Positions 9,532-18,524 of a stretch of 64,000 nt of DNA are shown piece after piece. The notes under the pieces were generated by a model, which was not told the DNA's origin, did no database searches, and saw only the letters and a program-made list of their open reading frames with translations. The stretch's first letter is position 1. Every line of letters begins with the position of its first letter. The DNA comes from Halorussus marinus. Lineage in GTDB: Archaea; Halobacteriota; Halobacteria; Halobacteriales; Haladaptataceae. The DNA is taken from assembly GCF_004765795.1 (NCBI RefSeq), contig NZ_SBIV01000004.1, positions 62,001-126,000 on the forward strand. The letters are read 5' to 3'. A program made the position numbers and the translations under genes.

Positions 9532-10344
9532 TCAGTAGAGGTCGTCGATCGCGTCCTCGTCGTAGCTGTGTTCGTCGGCCGGGAACTCCCCGGACTCGAC
9601 TGCGTCGCGGAACCGCTCGACGGCGCCCTCCATCTCGGCGCGCACGTCGCCGAACTGCGTCGAGAACGGGGGCGTCCGGTCGCTCAGCCCGAACACGTCG
9701 TTGAGCACGAGCACCTGCCCGTCGGTGTCGGGACCCGCGCCGATGCCGATCGTCGGGATGTCGAGGGCCTCGGTGATCTGGGCCGCCACGTTCGCCGGGA
9801 CGTGTTCGAGCACGAGCGCGAACGCCCCCGCCGCCTCGTGGGCCGTCGCGAGATCGAGGAGTTCGCCGGCGCTCTCCTCGTCGGTCCCCTGCCGGGAGTA
9901 CCCCCCGAGCTGGTTCACGCGCTGGGGCGTCAGCCCGAGGTGGGCCATCACCGGAATCCCCAGATCGACGAGGCGCTCGGTCACCTCGACGGTGTGGGGG
10001 CCGCTCTCTAACTTGACCGCGTTGGCGTCTGCCTCCTTCAACATCCGTCCGCAGTGCTCGATGGTCTCGCTCTCGTCGACGCCGTAGCTCAGGAACGGCA
10101 TGTCGGCAACTACCAGCGCGTCGTCGGTGGCGCGGGCGACCGCCGCGGTGTGGCTCCGGATCTCCTCGACGGTGACCGGGAGCGTCGAGTCGTAGCCAAG
10201 CACCGCGTTGCCCAAGCTATCGCCGACCAGGATCACGTCGACGCCCGCGTCGTCGACGATCCCGGCGGTCGGCGCGTCGTAGGCCGTCAGCATCGTTATC
10301 TCCTCGTCGTCGTCGGTCGCCGCGAGGTCCCGAACGGTTGTCAT
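9532..10344 (-). CDS. panB: 3-methyl-2-oxobutanoate hydroxymethyltransferase
   Basis: MLTAYD, LVGDSLG, DMPF.SY, AVKLE, HLGLTPQ, IGIGAG..DGQVLV. Confidence 0.97.
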   Translation of the reverse strand: MTTVRDLAATDDDEEITMLTAYDAPTAGIVDDAGVDVILVGDSLGNAVLGYDSTLPVTVEEIRSHTAAVARATDDALVVADMPFLSYGVDESETIEHCGRMLKEADANAVKLESGPHTVEVTERLVDLGIPVMAHLGLTPQRVNQLGGYSRQGTDEESAGELLDLATAHEAAGAFALVLEHVPANVAAQITEALDIPTIGIGAGPDTDGQVLVLNDVFGLSDRTPPFSTQFGDVRAEMEGAVERFRDAVESGEFPADEHSYDEDAIDDLY

Positions 10345-10421
10345 ACCGAGTGGGTCGCGGGCGCTCGGTTAAACGTATTCGGTTCCAAACCGTTAAGCCA
10401 CCCGCGTCCCGCGTTCCACGC

Positions 10422-10661
10422 GTGCCCGAACCAGTCGAGAGCCACGACCCCGAGGGCGTCGACTACGGGTGGGTGATGCAGACCACCTTCGTCCTCACCA
10501 TCGTGGTCGGGGCGCCCGTCGTCGCGTTGCTCGCGTTCGCCACCGGCGTCGCGCTCCCGACCTGGGAGTCGCGGGTGTCGTTCGCCGTCCGGGTCGGCGC
10601 GCTGGTCTGGTTCGTCGTCGCGGTGTCGGTGTTCGCCTACGCTCGGCGCGCCGAAGAGTGA
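10422..10661 (+). CDS. Small haloarchaeal membrane protein (DUF5822-like)
   Basis: GTG start; PEGVDYGWVMQTTFV followed by two TM helices. Confidence 0.7.
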   Translation: MPEPVESHDPEGVDYGWVMQTTFVLTIVVGAPVVALLAFATGVALPTWESRVSFAVRVGALVWFVVAVSVFAYARRAEE

Positions 10662-10700
10662 GGTATTTCGGTTTACCGCCCGTACTGTCCGATCAGACAC

Positions 10701-11261
10701 ATGGCGAGGCTGACCACTGCGGCCCGGGCGGTCGAGCGCGCGATCAGGTGGGCGATCGTCGCGGTGTTCGGCGCGGGAATCCGCCGCCGGAGCCCCGGCG
10801 CCGTCGCGAACGCCGTCCTGACGCTGGCGGTCACGTTCGTCCCCGACCTGCTCGAACGCCGGTACGCCGTCGAGTTCCGGCCGTGGCAACGGGTCTACGC
10901 CGGGATCGCGATGCTCGCCCACGCGGTCGGCATGCTGGGTCCCTACGACGACGTGGGGTGGTGGGACCACGTCACCCACACCCTCTCGGCGACGTTGCTT
11001 GGCGGGATCGTCCACGTCGCGGCCCGGCGTCGGGGCCGCGACCCCGAGCGAAACGTGATCGGGGTCGTCGCCTGCGCGGGCGTCCTCTGGGAGCTTCTGG
11101 AGTACGCGATCCACGCGGTCAGCAGACGGCTCGGCGTCGAGCCGCTCTTGATCCCCTACAGCGCCCGTGACACCGCCCTCGATCTCGTGTTCAACGTCGT
11201 CGGCGCGCTCCTCGTGGTCGCGTTCGGCGACCGACTCCTCGAGAACTTCGGCCGGGAGTGA
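10701..11261 (+). CDS. Integral membrane protein with WWDHVTH / WELLEY / DT..DL motifs (DUF2238-like)
   Basis: Multiple TM segments with conserved H/E/D residues. Confidence 0.7.
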   Translation: MARLTTAARAVERAIRWAIVAVFGAGIRRRSPGAVANAVLTLAVTFVPDLLERRYAVEFRPWQRVYAGIAMLAHAVGMLGPYDDVGWWDHVTHTLSATLLGGIVHVAARRRGRDPERNVIGVVACAGVLWELLEYAIHAVSRRLGVEPLLIPYSARDTALDLVFNVVGALLVVAFGDRLLENFGRE

Positions 11262-11789
11262 TCAGACCCACTCGAAGCGCGTCCCGGCCGCCTCTGCGGT
11301 CTCCTCGTCGCTGGCCGAGTCGCCGACGAACAGCACGTCCGCCGGCTCGACCCCGAGGTCCTCGACCGCCGCCAGTAGCGCTCGGGGATGGGGCTTTCGC
11401 TCGGGGACGGTCCCACGGCCCACGACGCTGTCGACGCCGTCGGCGAGGTCGTGGGCGTCGAGCGCGATACGGACCGCCGACTCGTGGTTGAGCGAGCAGA
11501 TCCCGACCGGCACCTCGCGGGCGAGAAGCTCGTCGGCCAGCGGGAGCCGCGTTGGGGCGCGGGCGCCCTCGCGCTCGGCCGCGGCGATGAGTTCGTCGGC
11601 TTCCTCGCCGACGCCCGCCGCCTCGGCCGCTTCGAGCAGCGACCACGCGCTCAGCGGCTCGGCGTCGACGCCCTCCCGTTCTAACAGCGCTTCGAGGCGG
11701 CGCTCGACGTCCGCCCAGTCGACGTCGAGTCGCACCACTGTCCCGTCGAGGTCGTACACCACGGCCGCGGGCGCGTCGTCTCGGGTCAC
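11262..11789 (-). CDS. HAD family phosphatase
   Basis: YDLDGT motif I, CSLN, KPHP, FVGDSASD. Confidence 0.9.
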   Translation of the reverse strand: MTRDDAPAAVVYDLDGTVVRLDVDWADVERRLEALLEREGVDAEPLSAWSLLEAAEAAGVGEEADELIAAAEREGARAPTRLPLADELLAREVPVGICSLNHESAVRIALDAHDLADGVDSVVGRGTVPERKPHPRALLAAVEDLGVEPADVLFVGDSASDEETAEAAGTRFEWV

Positions 11790-11836
11790 GCTCGCCGATA
11801 GGGCCACCGACGCGAAAAGCGTTCGGCCGGCGCCGA

Positions 11837-12250
11837 TCAGTCGATCGCGTCCTCGACGGCGGTCACCAGCGCCGTCACGTCGGCCTCGGGGTCCGTCGAG
11901 AAGAACAGTCCCTGCGAGCCGACGAGAACACGCAGGACGGTGGCGTGTTCCATCACGGTCACGAACGATCGGACGTCGCCGGCCGCCCGGAAGAGTTCGC
12001 CGAACAGGTCGGTCTCGGTGAAGTCGATGTGGACGTACGAGTGGACCTCCTCGAAGTGAGACTCCATCGCCGCGCGGTCGTCGTACAGCGCCATCGTCGC
12101 CTCGTCGGCGTACAGCGTGTGAAACTCGGATTCGGTGTACTCGACGCAGATGTGAACGGCGTCTCGGTCGACCTCGCGGGCCGCGGCGAGCGCCGCTTCG
12201 GCGTCGAAGTCCACGAGTCGGGACTCCTCGGACACGACCATCTCGTTCAC
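11837..12250 (-). CDS. Haloarchaeal hypothetical protein (DUF7522-like); paralog at 50352
   Basis: Acidic ORF; DFDAEAALAA..VEY..DFTE..F pattern shared with 50352..50768. Confidence 0.65.
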   Translation of the reverse strand: MNEMVVSEESRLVDFDAEAALAAAREVDRDAVHICVEYTESEFHTLYADEATMALYDDRAAMESHFEEVHSYVHIDFTETDLFGELFRAAGDVRSFVTVMEHATVLRVLVGSQGLFFSTDPEADVTALVTAVEDAID

Positions 12251-12291
12251 GCCGATTCAGTCTATAATGATAAACGTGGCGGTACTGCCGG

Positions 12292-13419
12292 TCAGCCCAA
12301 CACGTTCCGCGCGATGACCTTCTTCTGGATCTCGGAGGTCCCCTCGTAGATGGTCGTGATCTTCGAGTCGCGGTAGAGCCGTTCGACGTCGAAGTCGGTG
12401 GTGTAGCCGTAGCCGCCGTGGATCTGGACCGCCTCGTTGGCGACGTCGACCGCGGTCTCGCTCGCGAAGTACTTCGCCATGCTGGCGGCCAACTCGACGT
12501 CCTCGCCGCGGTCGTCTTTCCGGGCGGCGTCGCGGGCGAGCAGGCGCGCGGCCCCGAGCCGTGTCCGCATGTCGGCGATCTTGTGCCGGATGGTCTGTAT
12601 CTCGGCGATCGGCTGGCCGAACTGCTCGCGCTCGCCGGCGTACTCGACGGCCTCGTCGAGCGCCGACTGGGCGAGCCCGACCGACTGGCTCGCGATCCCG
12701 ATCCGGCCGCCGTTCAGGATGTGGAGCGCCGCCGACAGCCCCTTGCCCTCCTCGGTCAGCCGGTTCGCGGCGGGAATCCGCACGTCGTCGAACACCAGCG
12801 ACGTGGTGTCGCTCGCCCGGAGCCCGAGCTTGTCCTCTTTCTTGCCGACTTCGAGGCCGTCGGCGTCTTTGGGCACCACGAACTGGGTGACCGACCGGGG
12901 GTCGTCGCGGTCGGTCTTGGCGAACAGGACCACGACGCCCGCGCGCTGGCCGTTGGTGATCCACTGCTTCTTGCCGTTGAGGACGTACTCGTCGCCCTCG
13001 CGTCGCGCTTCGGTGGTCATCTCGGCGGGGTTCGAGCCCGCCTGGGGCTCCGAGAGCGCGAACGCCCCGACCGGCCGACCGTCGACCATCTCGGGGAGCC
13101 ACCGCTCGCGCTGGTCGTCGTCGCCGAACTCCGCGATGCAGGAGGTCGCCAGACAGTGGACCGACAGCGCGGTCGCGACCGACAACATTCCGTAGGCGAC
13201 TTCCTCGTTGACGAGGCTGTAGGTGAGCCGATCGACGTCGAGGCCGCCGTACGCCTCCGGAACGGTCATCCCGGTCAGATCGAGGTCGGCGAGCCCGTCC
13301 CAGACGTCCTCGGGGAACGTCTGGTCGCTGTCGGCCTCGGCGGCGGTCGGGCGGATCTCCTCGACGGCGAACTCCCGAACGACGTCCCTGATGGCTTCCT
13401 GCTCGTCGGAGAGGTTCAT
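12292..13419 (-). CDS. Acyl-CoA dehydrogenase
   Basis: AFALSEPQAGS, LNGKKQWITN, KLGLRASDT, GRIGIA, QIHGGYG, IYEGTSEIQ. Confidence 0.96.
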   Translation of the reverse strand: MNLSDEQEAIRDVVREFAVEEIRPTAAEADSDQTFPEDVWDGLADLDLTGMTVPEAYGGLDVDRLTYSLVNEEVAYGMLSVATALSVHCLATSCIAEFGDDDQRERWLPEMVDGRPVGAFALSEPQAGSNPAEMTTEARREGDEYVLNGKKQWITNGQRAGVVVLFAKTDRDDPRSVTQFVVPKDADGLEVGKKEDKLGLRASDTTSLVFDDVRIPAANRLTEEGKGLSAALHILNGGRIGIASQSVGLAQSALDEAVEYAGEREQFGQPIAEIQTIRHKIADMRTRLGAARLLARDAARKDDRGEDVELAASMAKYFASETAVDVANEAVQIHGGYGYTTDFDVERLYRDSKITTIYEGTSEIQKKVIARNVLG

Positions 13420-13563
13420 ACCCGACGTGTCGGGCGGTGCGTGGAAAAAGTTGCCTCTTTTCGGGCGGCGGACTCGCCGCGCGCCGGGCCGGCGGGCGTC
13501 CCGGAGTCGCCGATCAACCCCGAGGCGAAAGCGACATCCGACGGGCGAGCGAACCGCTCTCCG

Positions 13564-14052
13564 ATGGCAGAACGCGCCACGCTGTTGGACTCGTACACCG
13601 AGATGACCGAGATGCTGCTCCCGAACGACACCAACAACCTCGGCCGGGCGCTCGGGGGCGCGGTGCTCCACTGGATGGACATCTGCGGCGCCATCTCGGC
13701 GATGCGGTTCTCGAACTACCAGTGTGTCACCGCCTCGATGGACCACGTCGATTTCATCTCCGCGATCGACCTCGGCGAGGTGGCGGTGATCGAGGCGTAC
13801 GTGTTCAACACCGGTCGGACCAGCGTGGACGTGAAAGTCGACGTCCGCGCGGAGAACCCCCGGACCGGCGAGGAGCGAAAGACCACCACCTCGTTTTTCA
13901 CCTTCGTCGCGCTCGACGACGACGGCACGCCGACGCCGGTGCCGGATCTCGACTGCCCGACCGACAACCAGCGAGCGCTACGCGAGGACGCCCACGAGCG
14001 GCGCCGCGAGCAACTCGAGGCCGCCGCCGAGCGGATCGAAGCGGGCGAGTAG
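13564..14052 (+). CDS. Acyl-CoA thioesterase (hotdog fold, YciA-like)
   Basis: LPNDTNNLG..GG..WMD, VTASMD, GRTSV. Confidence 0.92.
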   Translation: MAERATLLDSYTEMTEMLLPNDTNNLGRALGGAVLHWMDICGAISAMRFSNYQCVTASMDHVDFISAIDLGEVAVIEAYVFNTGRTSVDVKVDVRAENPRTGEERKTTTSFFTFVALDDDGTPTPVPDLDCPTDNQRALREDAHERRREQLEAAAERIEAGE

Positions 14053-14108
14053 GCGCCCGGACCCCGAGTCGCTCCTCTGCGACTCGCCGAGGTGTGAATT
14101 CGGCGCGG

Positions 14109-14879
14109 CTACGCCGCGACCGGCGCGGTCGCGTTCATCGTCGTCTGGTTGCCGCCGGTGTCCTGAGCGACGATCAGGTCGAACGGCGTGTCGGCGGCCG
14201 CCTCGTCGGGCGCGAGGTAGCCCGCCGCGAACGCGGAGTAGGTGCTCGCGCCCTCGACGGTGACGTCGAAGGTCGTCAGCACCTCGCCGTCGTTGCCCTC
14301 GGTCGCGGGCCGGACTTCGAGGGTGTAGTCGCCGGCCGGGACGGTTACGTACCCGGTCGCGTTCGGGAACGTCGCGTTGTCGTACAGCACCGCGCCCGTG
14401 CTCTCGACGGTCACGTCGACGGGCCCGGCGTCGGGCGAGACGTGGACCAGCCGAACCGACGCGTTCTCCTCGCTCGGGTGTTCGGGGTCGTCGACGTAGA
14501 TCTGGGGCGCGAACGTGTCCTGGCTCACCTCGCCGGCGGCGGCGACGGTGTAGCTCGTGTCGGCCTCGACCGTGATCGTGTCCTCGAAGACGACGGTCTC
14601 GTTTTCGGACGTCTGGATGACGACCTCGTGGTCGCCGGCCTCGAGTTCGAGGTAGTCGCTCACCGCGCCGAACTCGACGCCTTCGAGGACGGCGTCGCCG
14701 TCGACCAGCACGTCCACCGCCGGCGCGTCCGGCGACATGTGGGCCACCCGTACCTCGGCCGTGCCGTCCTGGCTCGCCGCGACCGCGGCCGTGCCGGCCC
14801 CGGCGAACCCGATCAGTACCACAGCGGCGACCGCCAGCGTCGCCGCGTTCCGGATCGACTGCGTCTGTTTGTCACACAT
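14109..14879 (-). CDS. Secreted DUF4397-domain protein
   Basis: Signal peptide; two repeats VRVAHMSPDAPAVDV / VRLVHVSPDAGPVDV. Confidence 0.85.
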   Translation of the reverse strand: MCDKQTQSIRNAATLAVAAVVLIGFAGAGTAAVAASQDGTAEVRVAHMSPDAPAVDVLVDGDAVLEGVEFGAVSDYLELEAGDHEVVIQTSENETVVFEDTITVEADTSYTVAAAGEVSQDTFAPQIYVDDPEHPSEENASVRLVHVSPDAGPVDVTVESTGAVLYDNATFPNATGYVTVPAGDYTLEVRPATEGNDGEVLTTFDVTVEGASTYSAFAAGYLAPDEAAADTPFDLIVAQDTGGNQTTMNATAPVAA

Positions 14880-15087
14880 ACTGCGGGCGGGGCTGAGGAC
14901 GAACCGGAAATAAAGCGTCGGGACCGTCCACGGCCGTAATCGGCGGTGTCTCGCGCGTATTTCGAGTTACGGCCGAGTAGTCTCGGCTTTCGCCCCGTCG
15001 AGCCGTCGACGCGCCCGCCCGGCGGGGGCGAGTCGGCGCGTGGCGCCGACGGGCACCTTTTTGCGGTCGGGCCGCGTACCGCGACCC

Positions 15088-15549
15088 ATGTCACTCGACG
15101 TCGACGCGCCGTCGCCGCCGTCGCTCTCCACGAACGTGGACGCCTCCGAGTACGAGGACGCCGACGTGCAGGGCGACGACTACCGCCGCGACGAGCTCGA
15201 AGCGTACCTCGAAGACGGCGCGTGGATCGACGCGTTCGACGAGTGGGCCGCCCACACCGACCTGACCGACGAGGAGTACGCCATCGTCCGGGACCTCGAA
15301 ATGTTCGCGGAGTACGACTTCTTCTGGGACTCGTTCGCCGACCGGGTGGGCTATCACGCCCCCGGAATCCCCGAGGACTGGAAAGAGCGGAGCTACCACC
15401 CGGAGATCGACTCGTGGAACATCGTCTCGGGCATCAACGCCGCGATGACCGAGTTCGGCCAGATCGTCTGCGACGTGCTCGAAGACGCCTACATCGACTG
15501 GGAGGGCGAGTACGAGGCCCCCGACGACCTGCCGGACTTCGAGGTCTAA
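15088..15549 (+). CDS. Haloarchaeal hypothetical protein
   Basis: Very acidic ORF with typical codon usage; overlaps the convergent gene's stop codon. Confidence 0.8.
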   Translation: MSLDVDAPSPPSLSTNVDASEYEDADVQGDDYRRDELEAYLEDGAWIDAFDEWAAHTDLTDEEYAIVRDLEMFAEYDFFWDSFADRVGYHAPGIPEDWKERSYHPEIDSWNIVSGINAAMTEFGQIVCDVLEDAYIDWEGEYEAPDDLPDFEV

Positions 15550-16406
15550 TCCTCTGCGGGCACCGCGTTCGCGAGGCCCGCGGCCCGGTCGCCGCCCGCG
15601 GTGACGACGCACCGCCACGCGCCGTCGCCGACGGGACGCGCGTCGGTGACCGCCACGGTGCGCTCGGGGCGGTGACGGAGCAGTTCGACGGCCAGCGGGA
15701 GGGTGGGTAGCCGCCGGCCCGTCAGATCGAAGGCGTACTCGTCGAGGGTCACCGTCCACGAGCGGTCGGGACCGCCTTCGGGGTCGACCGGCCGTGCGTC
15801 GATCGCGTAGTCGTCGACCAGCGAGAGCCCGTCGAAGCGGTCGAGGGTCGCGGCGACCGGGTCCTCGCTCGACCGGGGCCCGAGCCGGTCGGCCGCGGCA
15901 CGGAGCACCTCGTCCTGTCGGTCGGGGCCGAGACGGTCGTCGATCTCGGTCGCCATGGTGGCGAGCAACACCAGACAGAGGTCGTCGGGATCGACGACCG
16001 CCTCCGCCGAGTGGAGGTAGGCGTCCATCGCCGCGCGCTCGACCGCCCGCTCGTCGAGCGCCGTCAGGGCCTCGAACACCGCGGCCGCCACGTCGTGACA
16101 GAAGTCCAGCGTGGTCCCCGCGCCGGTCGACGCCGACCGCTCGACGATCGGGGAGTCGCGCAGACCCGGGTCCTCGGAGACGACCAGATCGTAACACGGG
16201 AGCCGGGGATCGTACTGCCTGAGCTCCGCCCGGTAGGCCGCCGCGGCCCGCGCGGCCTCCTCTGCGGTCGCCCGGTCGGGGAAGCGCTTGCCCGCCACCG
16301 GGACCGGGCGCTCGCCCGTCCGGGCGCAGGCGACGTAGTAGCGCCCGCCGTCCTCGTGGTCGTCGGCGATGCGTTCGCGCAGGTCTCTGAGGGTGGTGCC
16401 GACCAT
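15546..16406 (-). CDS. Haloarchaeal hypothetical protein with an upstream DtxR-like operator
   Basis: GRYYVACARTGERPVP..F motif; ATG directly abuts a perfect palindrome. Confidence 0.8.
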   Translation of the reverse strand: MVGTTLRDLRERIADDHEDGGRYYVACARTGERPVPVAGKRFPDRATAEEAARAAAAYRAELRQYDPRLPCYDLVVSEDPGLRDSPIVERSASTGAGTTLDFCHDVAAAVFEALTALDERAVERAAMDAYLHSAEAVVDPDDLCLVLLATMATEIDDRLGPDRQDEVLRAAADRLGPRSSEDPVAATLDRFDGLSLVDDYAIDARPVDPEGGPDRSWTVTLDEYAFDLTGRRLPTLPLAVELLRHRPERTVAVTDARPVGDGAWRCVVTAGGDRAAGLANAVPAED

Positions 16407-16422
16407 TTTAGGCTAGCCTAAA
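16407..16422. promoter_or_regulatory. Perfect 16-bp palindrome TTTAGGCTAGCCTAAA, putative DtxR/IdeR-family metal-repressor operator
   Basis: Self-complementary; lies between a minus-strand TTTAT box (about 16434-16438) and the ATG at 16406. Confidence 0.75.
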
Positions 16423-16494
16423 CAAAGGAGCGATAAATACGTTCGGGGTTGGCGGCCCCGGAGACTCAAGGGGATCGGCGTCGTGTGCGGTCGT

Positions 16495-16974
16495 ATGGCA
16501 TCCGAGGGCGAGATCGCGGTCGTCCACTTCACCGGACGGATCGCGGACGGCGAGGACGCCGGGAAGGTGTTCGACACCACCGACGTCGACGAGGCGCTCG
16601 ACGCGGGCGTCTACCACGACCACCGCGACTACAAGCCGCTTGAGTTCCGGGTCGGCGAGGGGAAGGTGATCGAGGGACTCGACCGGGCGGTCCGGGAGAT
16701 GGAAGTCGGCGACCGACGGACGGTTCGGCTCGACCCCGCGGAGGCGTTCGGCGAGTACGACGACGAGCGGGTCGCGGAGTTCCCGCGGACCGAGATAGAG
16801 AATCGAAGCGACGCCACCGCCGCGGTCGGAGAGCTCGTCCGGGCCGACGACGGCGAGACCGGCTGGATCACCGCGGTCGGCGACGAGACCGTCTCGGTCG
16901 ACTTCAACCACGAGCTCGCGGGCGTCCCGGTAGAGTTCGAGATCCGACTGCTCGACGTCCGCGACGACGGCTGA
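16495..16974 (+). CDS. Short FKBP-type peptidyl-prolyl isomerase (SlyD-like)
   Basis: VFDTT, PLEFRVGEGKVIEGLD, PAEAFGEYD, VDFNHELAG. Confidence 0.92.
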   Translation: MASEGEIAVVHFTGRIADGEDAGKVFDTTDVDEALDAGVYHDHRDYKPLEFRVGEGKVIEGLDRAVREMEVGDRRTVRLDPAEAFGEYDDERVAEFPRTEIENRSDATAAVGELVRADDGETGWITAVGDETVSVDFNHELAGVPVEFEIRLLDVRDDG

Positions 16975-17004
16975 ACGGCGGTCGGTCCCGCCGTGGTCGG
17001 CCCG

Positions 17005-18411
17005 CTACGACGAGGTCGTCGTGGCCGCGGTCTCGGTCTCGGCCTCGCCGTCCCCGGCGGCCTCGACGGTCACCTCGACGCCGTGGGGCTCGTAGGCGTT
17101 GTTGCAGTACCCGCCCTGATTCCACGGGAACTGATCGTCCTCGATCGACACGAGCTGGGCGTCGGGATCCGAGACGGTGGCGGGCTGGGTCCGGCCGTTC
17201 GCGTCGGTCGCCCGCGAGTACAGCGTGTGCGAGCCCGGCTCTGCGTCCCAGACGTACCGGAACTGGCGCCACGAGTAGGGTGCGTCGACCGGTCCGAAGA
17301 ACTCCGCCTCCGACCAGCTGTCGCCCCCGTCGGTCGACACCTCGATCGCGTCGACCTCGTCGTCGCCCGCCCACGCGACTCCGATCACCTCGACGCTGCC
17401 GCCCGGACCGGGCTCGACGGTCGCGCCCGCGCCCGGATAGCCGATGAGCGACTTGACGAGCTGGTCGTAGACGTACGGGTGGCGGATGTCCGACGACTCC
17501 ATCTGGTCCCGGACGTCGAAGGCGTCGATGCGCTCGAACTGCTCGGTCTCCTCGTCGATCGGCGTGAGCCGGTAGGAGTACTGCTGCCAGTGGGTGTAGA
17601 GGCGCTGGTCTTCGGTCTCCCACTCCTCGCCGAACACCATGCGGTCCATGACGTGCATCCGGTCGACCCACTTGACGTTGTTGTTGCCGTACCACCCGGG
17701 AACGAGCAGTCGGACCGGGTAGCCGTGGTCGTCGTTCATCGGACTGCCGTTCATCTCGTAGGCCAGCAGGCAGTCTTCGAGCACCTTCTCCATCGGGATC
17801 GACCGGGTGAAGATGTCCTCGCCCTCCGGGGCCTCCCCGCCCATCACCGACAGCCACGTCCCCTCCTGTGTGTCGGCGCCGTAGGCCTCTAACACCTCGC
17901 CGACCGGCGTGCCCGTCCAGACGGTGTTGCCGACCGCGCCGAACGTCCACTGGTTGCCCCCGACCTGCGGGTCGAAGTACGACCGACCGTTGCCCGAACA
18001 CTGCATCGTGTGAGTCACCGTCTCGGTCGAGTAGTCCCGCCGGATCTCGTCCACCGAGACCTCGACCTCCTCGTCGACCATCCCGGTGAGCGAGACGGTC
18101 CACTCCTCGGGGTCGATGTCCGGCGTCGGGTAGTGGTTGCGGATGTAGTGTTCCTCCCGGGGCGTGATGTAGCTCTCGTAGGTCGCCCGCGCGGCCGCCT
18201 CGGCGTTCTCGGGCTCCTCGGAGATGATCCGCAGTCCCGGGTACTCCGATTCGAGGTCCCCCTCGTCCTGTGTCGTTCGTCCGCCGACGTTGCCCGACAG
18301 CACCCCGACGCCCGCAAGCGCGCCGGTCGCCATCATGAACTGCCGTCGGTCCAGATACCGCCGTCGTCCGGTTTCTCGGTCGGTGCTCTCGTCCCCCGTG
18401 TCCCCCGTCAT
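17005..18411 (-). CDS. Tat-exported sulfite oxidase family molybdoenzyme (SorA-like)
   Basis: DRRQFM Tat motif; YIRNH, MQCSGNGR (Mo-ligand Cys), HGYPVRLLVPGWYG..VKW, C-terminal dimerisation domain with WNQGGY.NN. Confidence 0.92.
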   Translation of the reverse strand: MTGDTGDESTDRETGRRRYLDRRQFMMATGALAGVGVLSGNVGGRTTQDEGDLESEYPGLRIISEEPENAEAAARATYESYITPREEHYIRNHYPTPDIDPEEWTVSLTGMVDEEVEVSVDEIRRDYSTETVTHTMQCSGNGRSYFDPQVGGNQWTFGAVGNTVWTGTPVGEVLEAYGADTQEGTWLSVMGGEAPEGEDIFTRSIPMEKVLEDCLLAYEMNGSPMNDDHGYPVRLLVPGWYGNNNVKWVDRMHVMDRMVFGEEWETEDQRLYTHWQQYSYRLTPIDEETEQFERIDAFDVRDQMESSDIRHPYVYDQLVKSLIGYPGAGATVEPGPGGSVEVIGVAWAGDDEVDAIEVSTDGGDSWSEAEFFGPVDAPYSWRQFRYVWDAEPGSHTLYSRATDANGRTQPATVSDPDAQLVSIEDDQFPWNQGGYCNNAYEPHGVEVTVEAAGDGEAETETAATTTSS

Positions 18412-18524
18412 ACACCGCCACACCGGCGCCCGCGACAATAAGTCTCAGTGTCTCGTGGCCGTCATACGCCGGTTAATGGAATCGGACGCGCGACCGAACT
18501 ATTCGGCGAGGACCGCCCGCCGAA

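Noticed and set aside
14065..14091. Hairpin sharing 13 bp with the tmcA insert
   Set aside because: A 13-bp GC-rich match is expected by chance in 64 kb; more simply a 3'-end hairpin between convergent genes.
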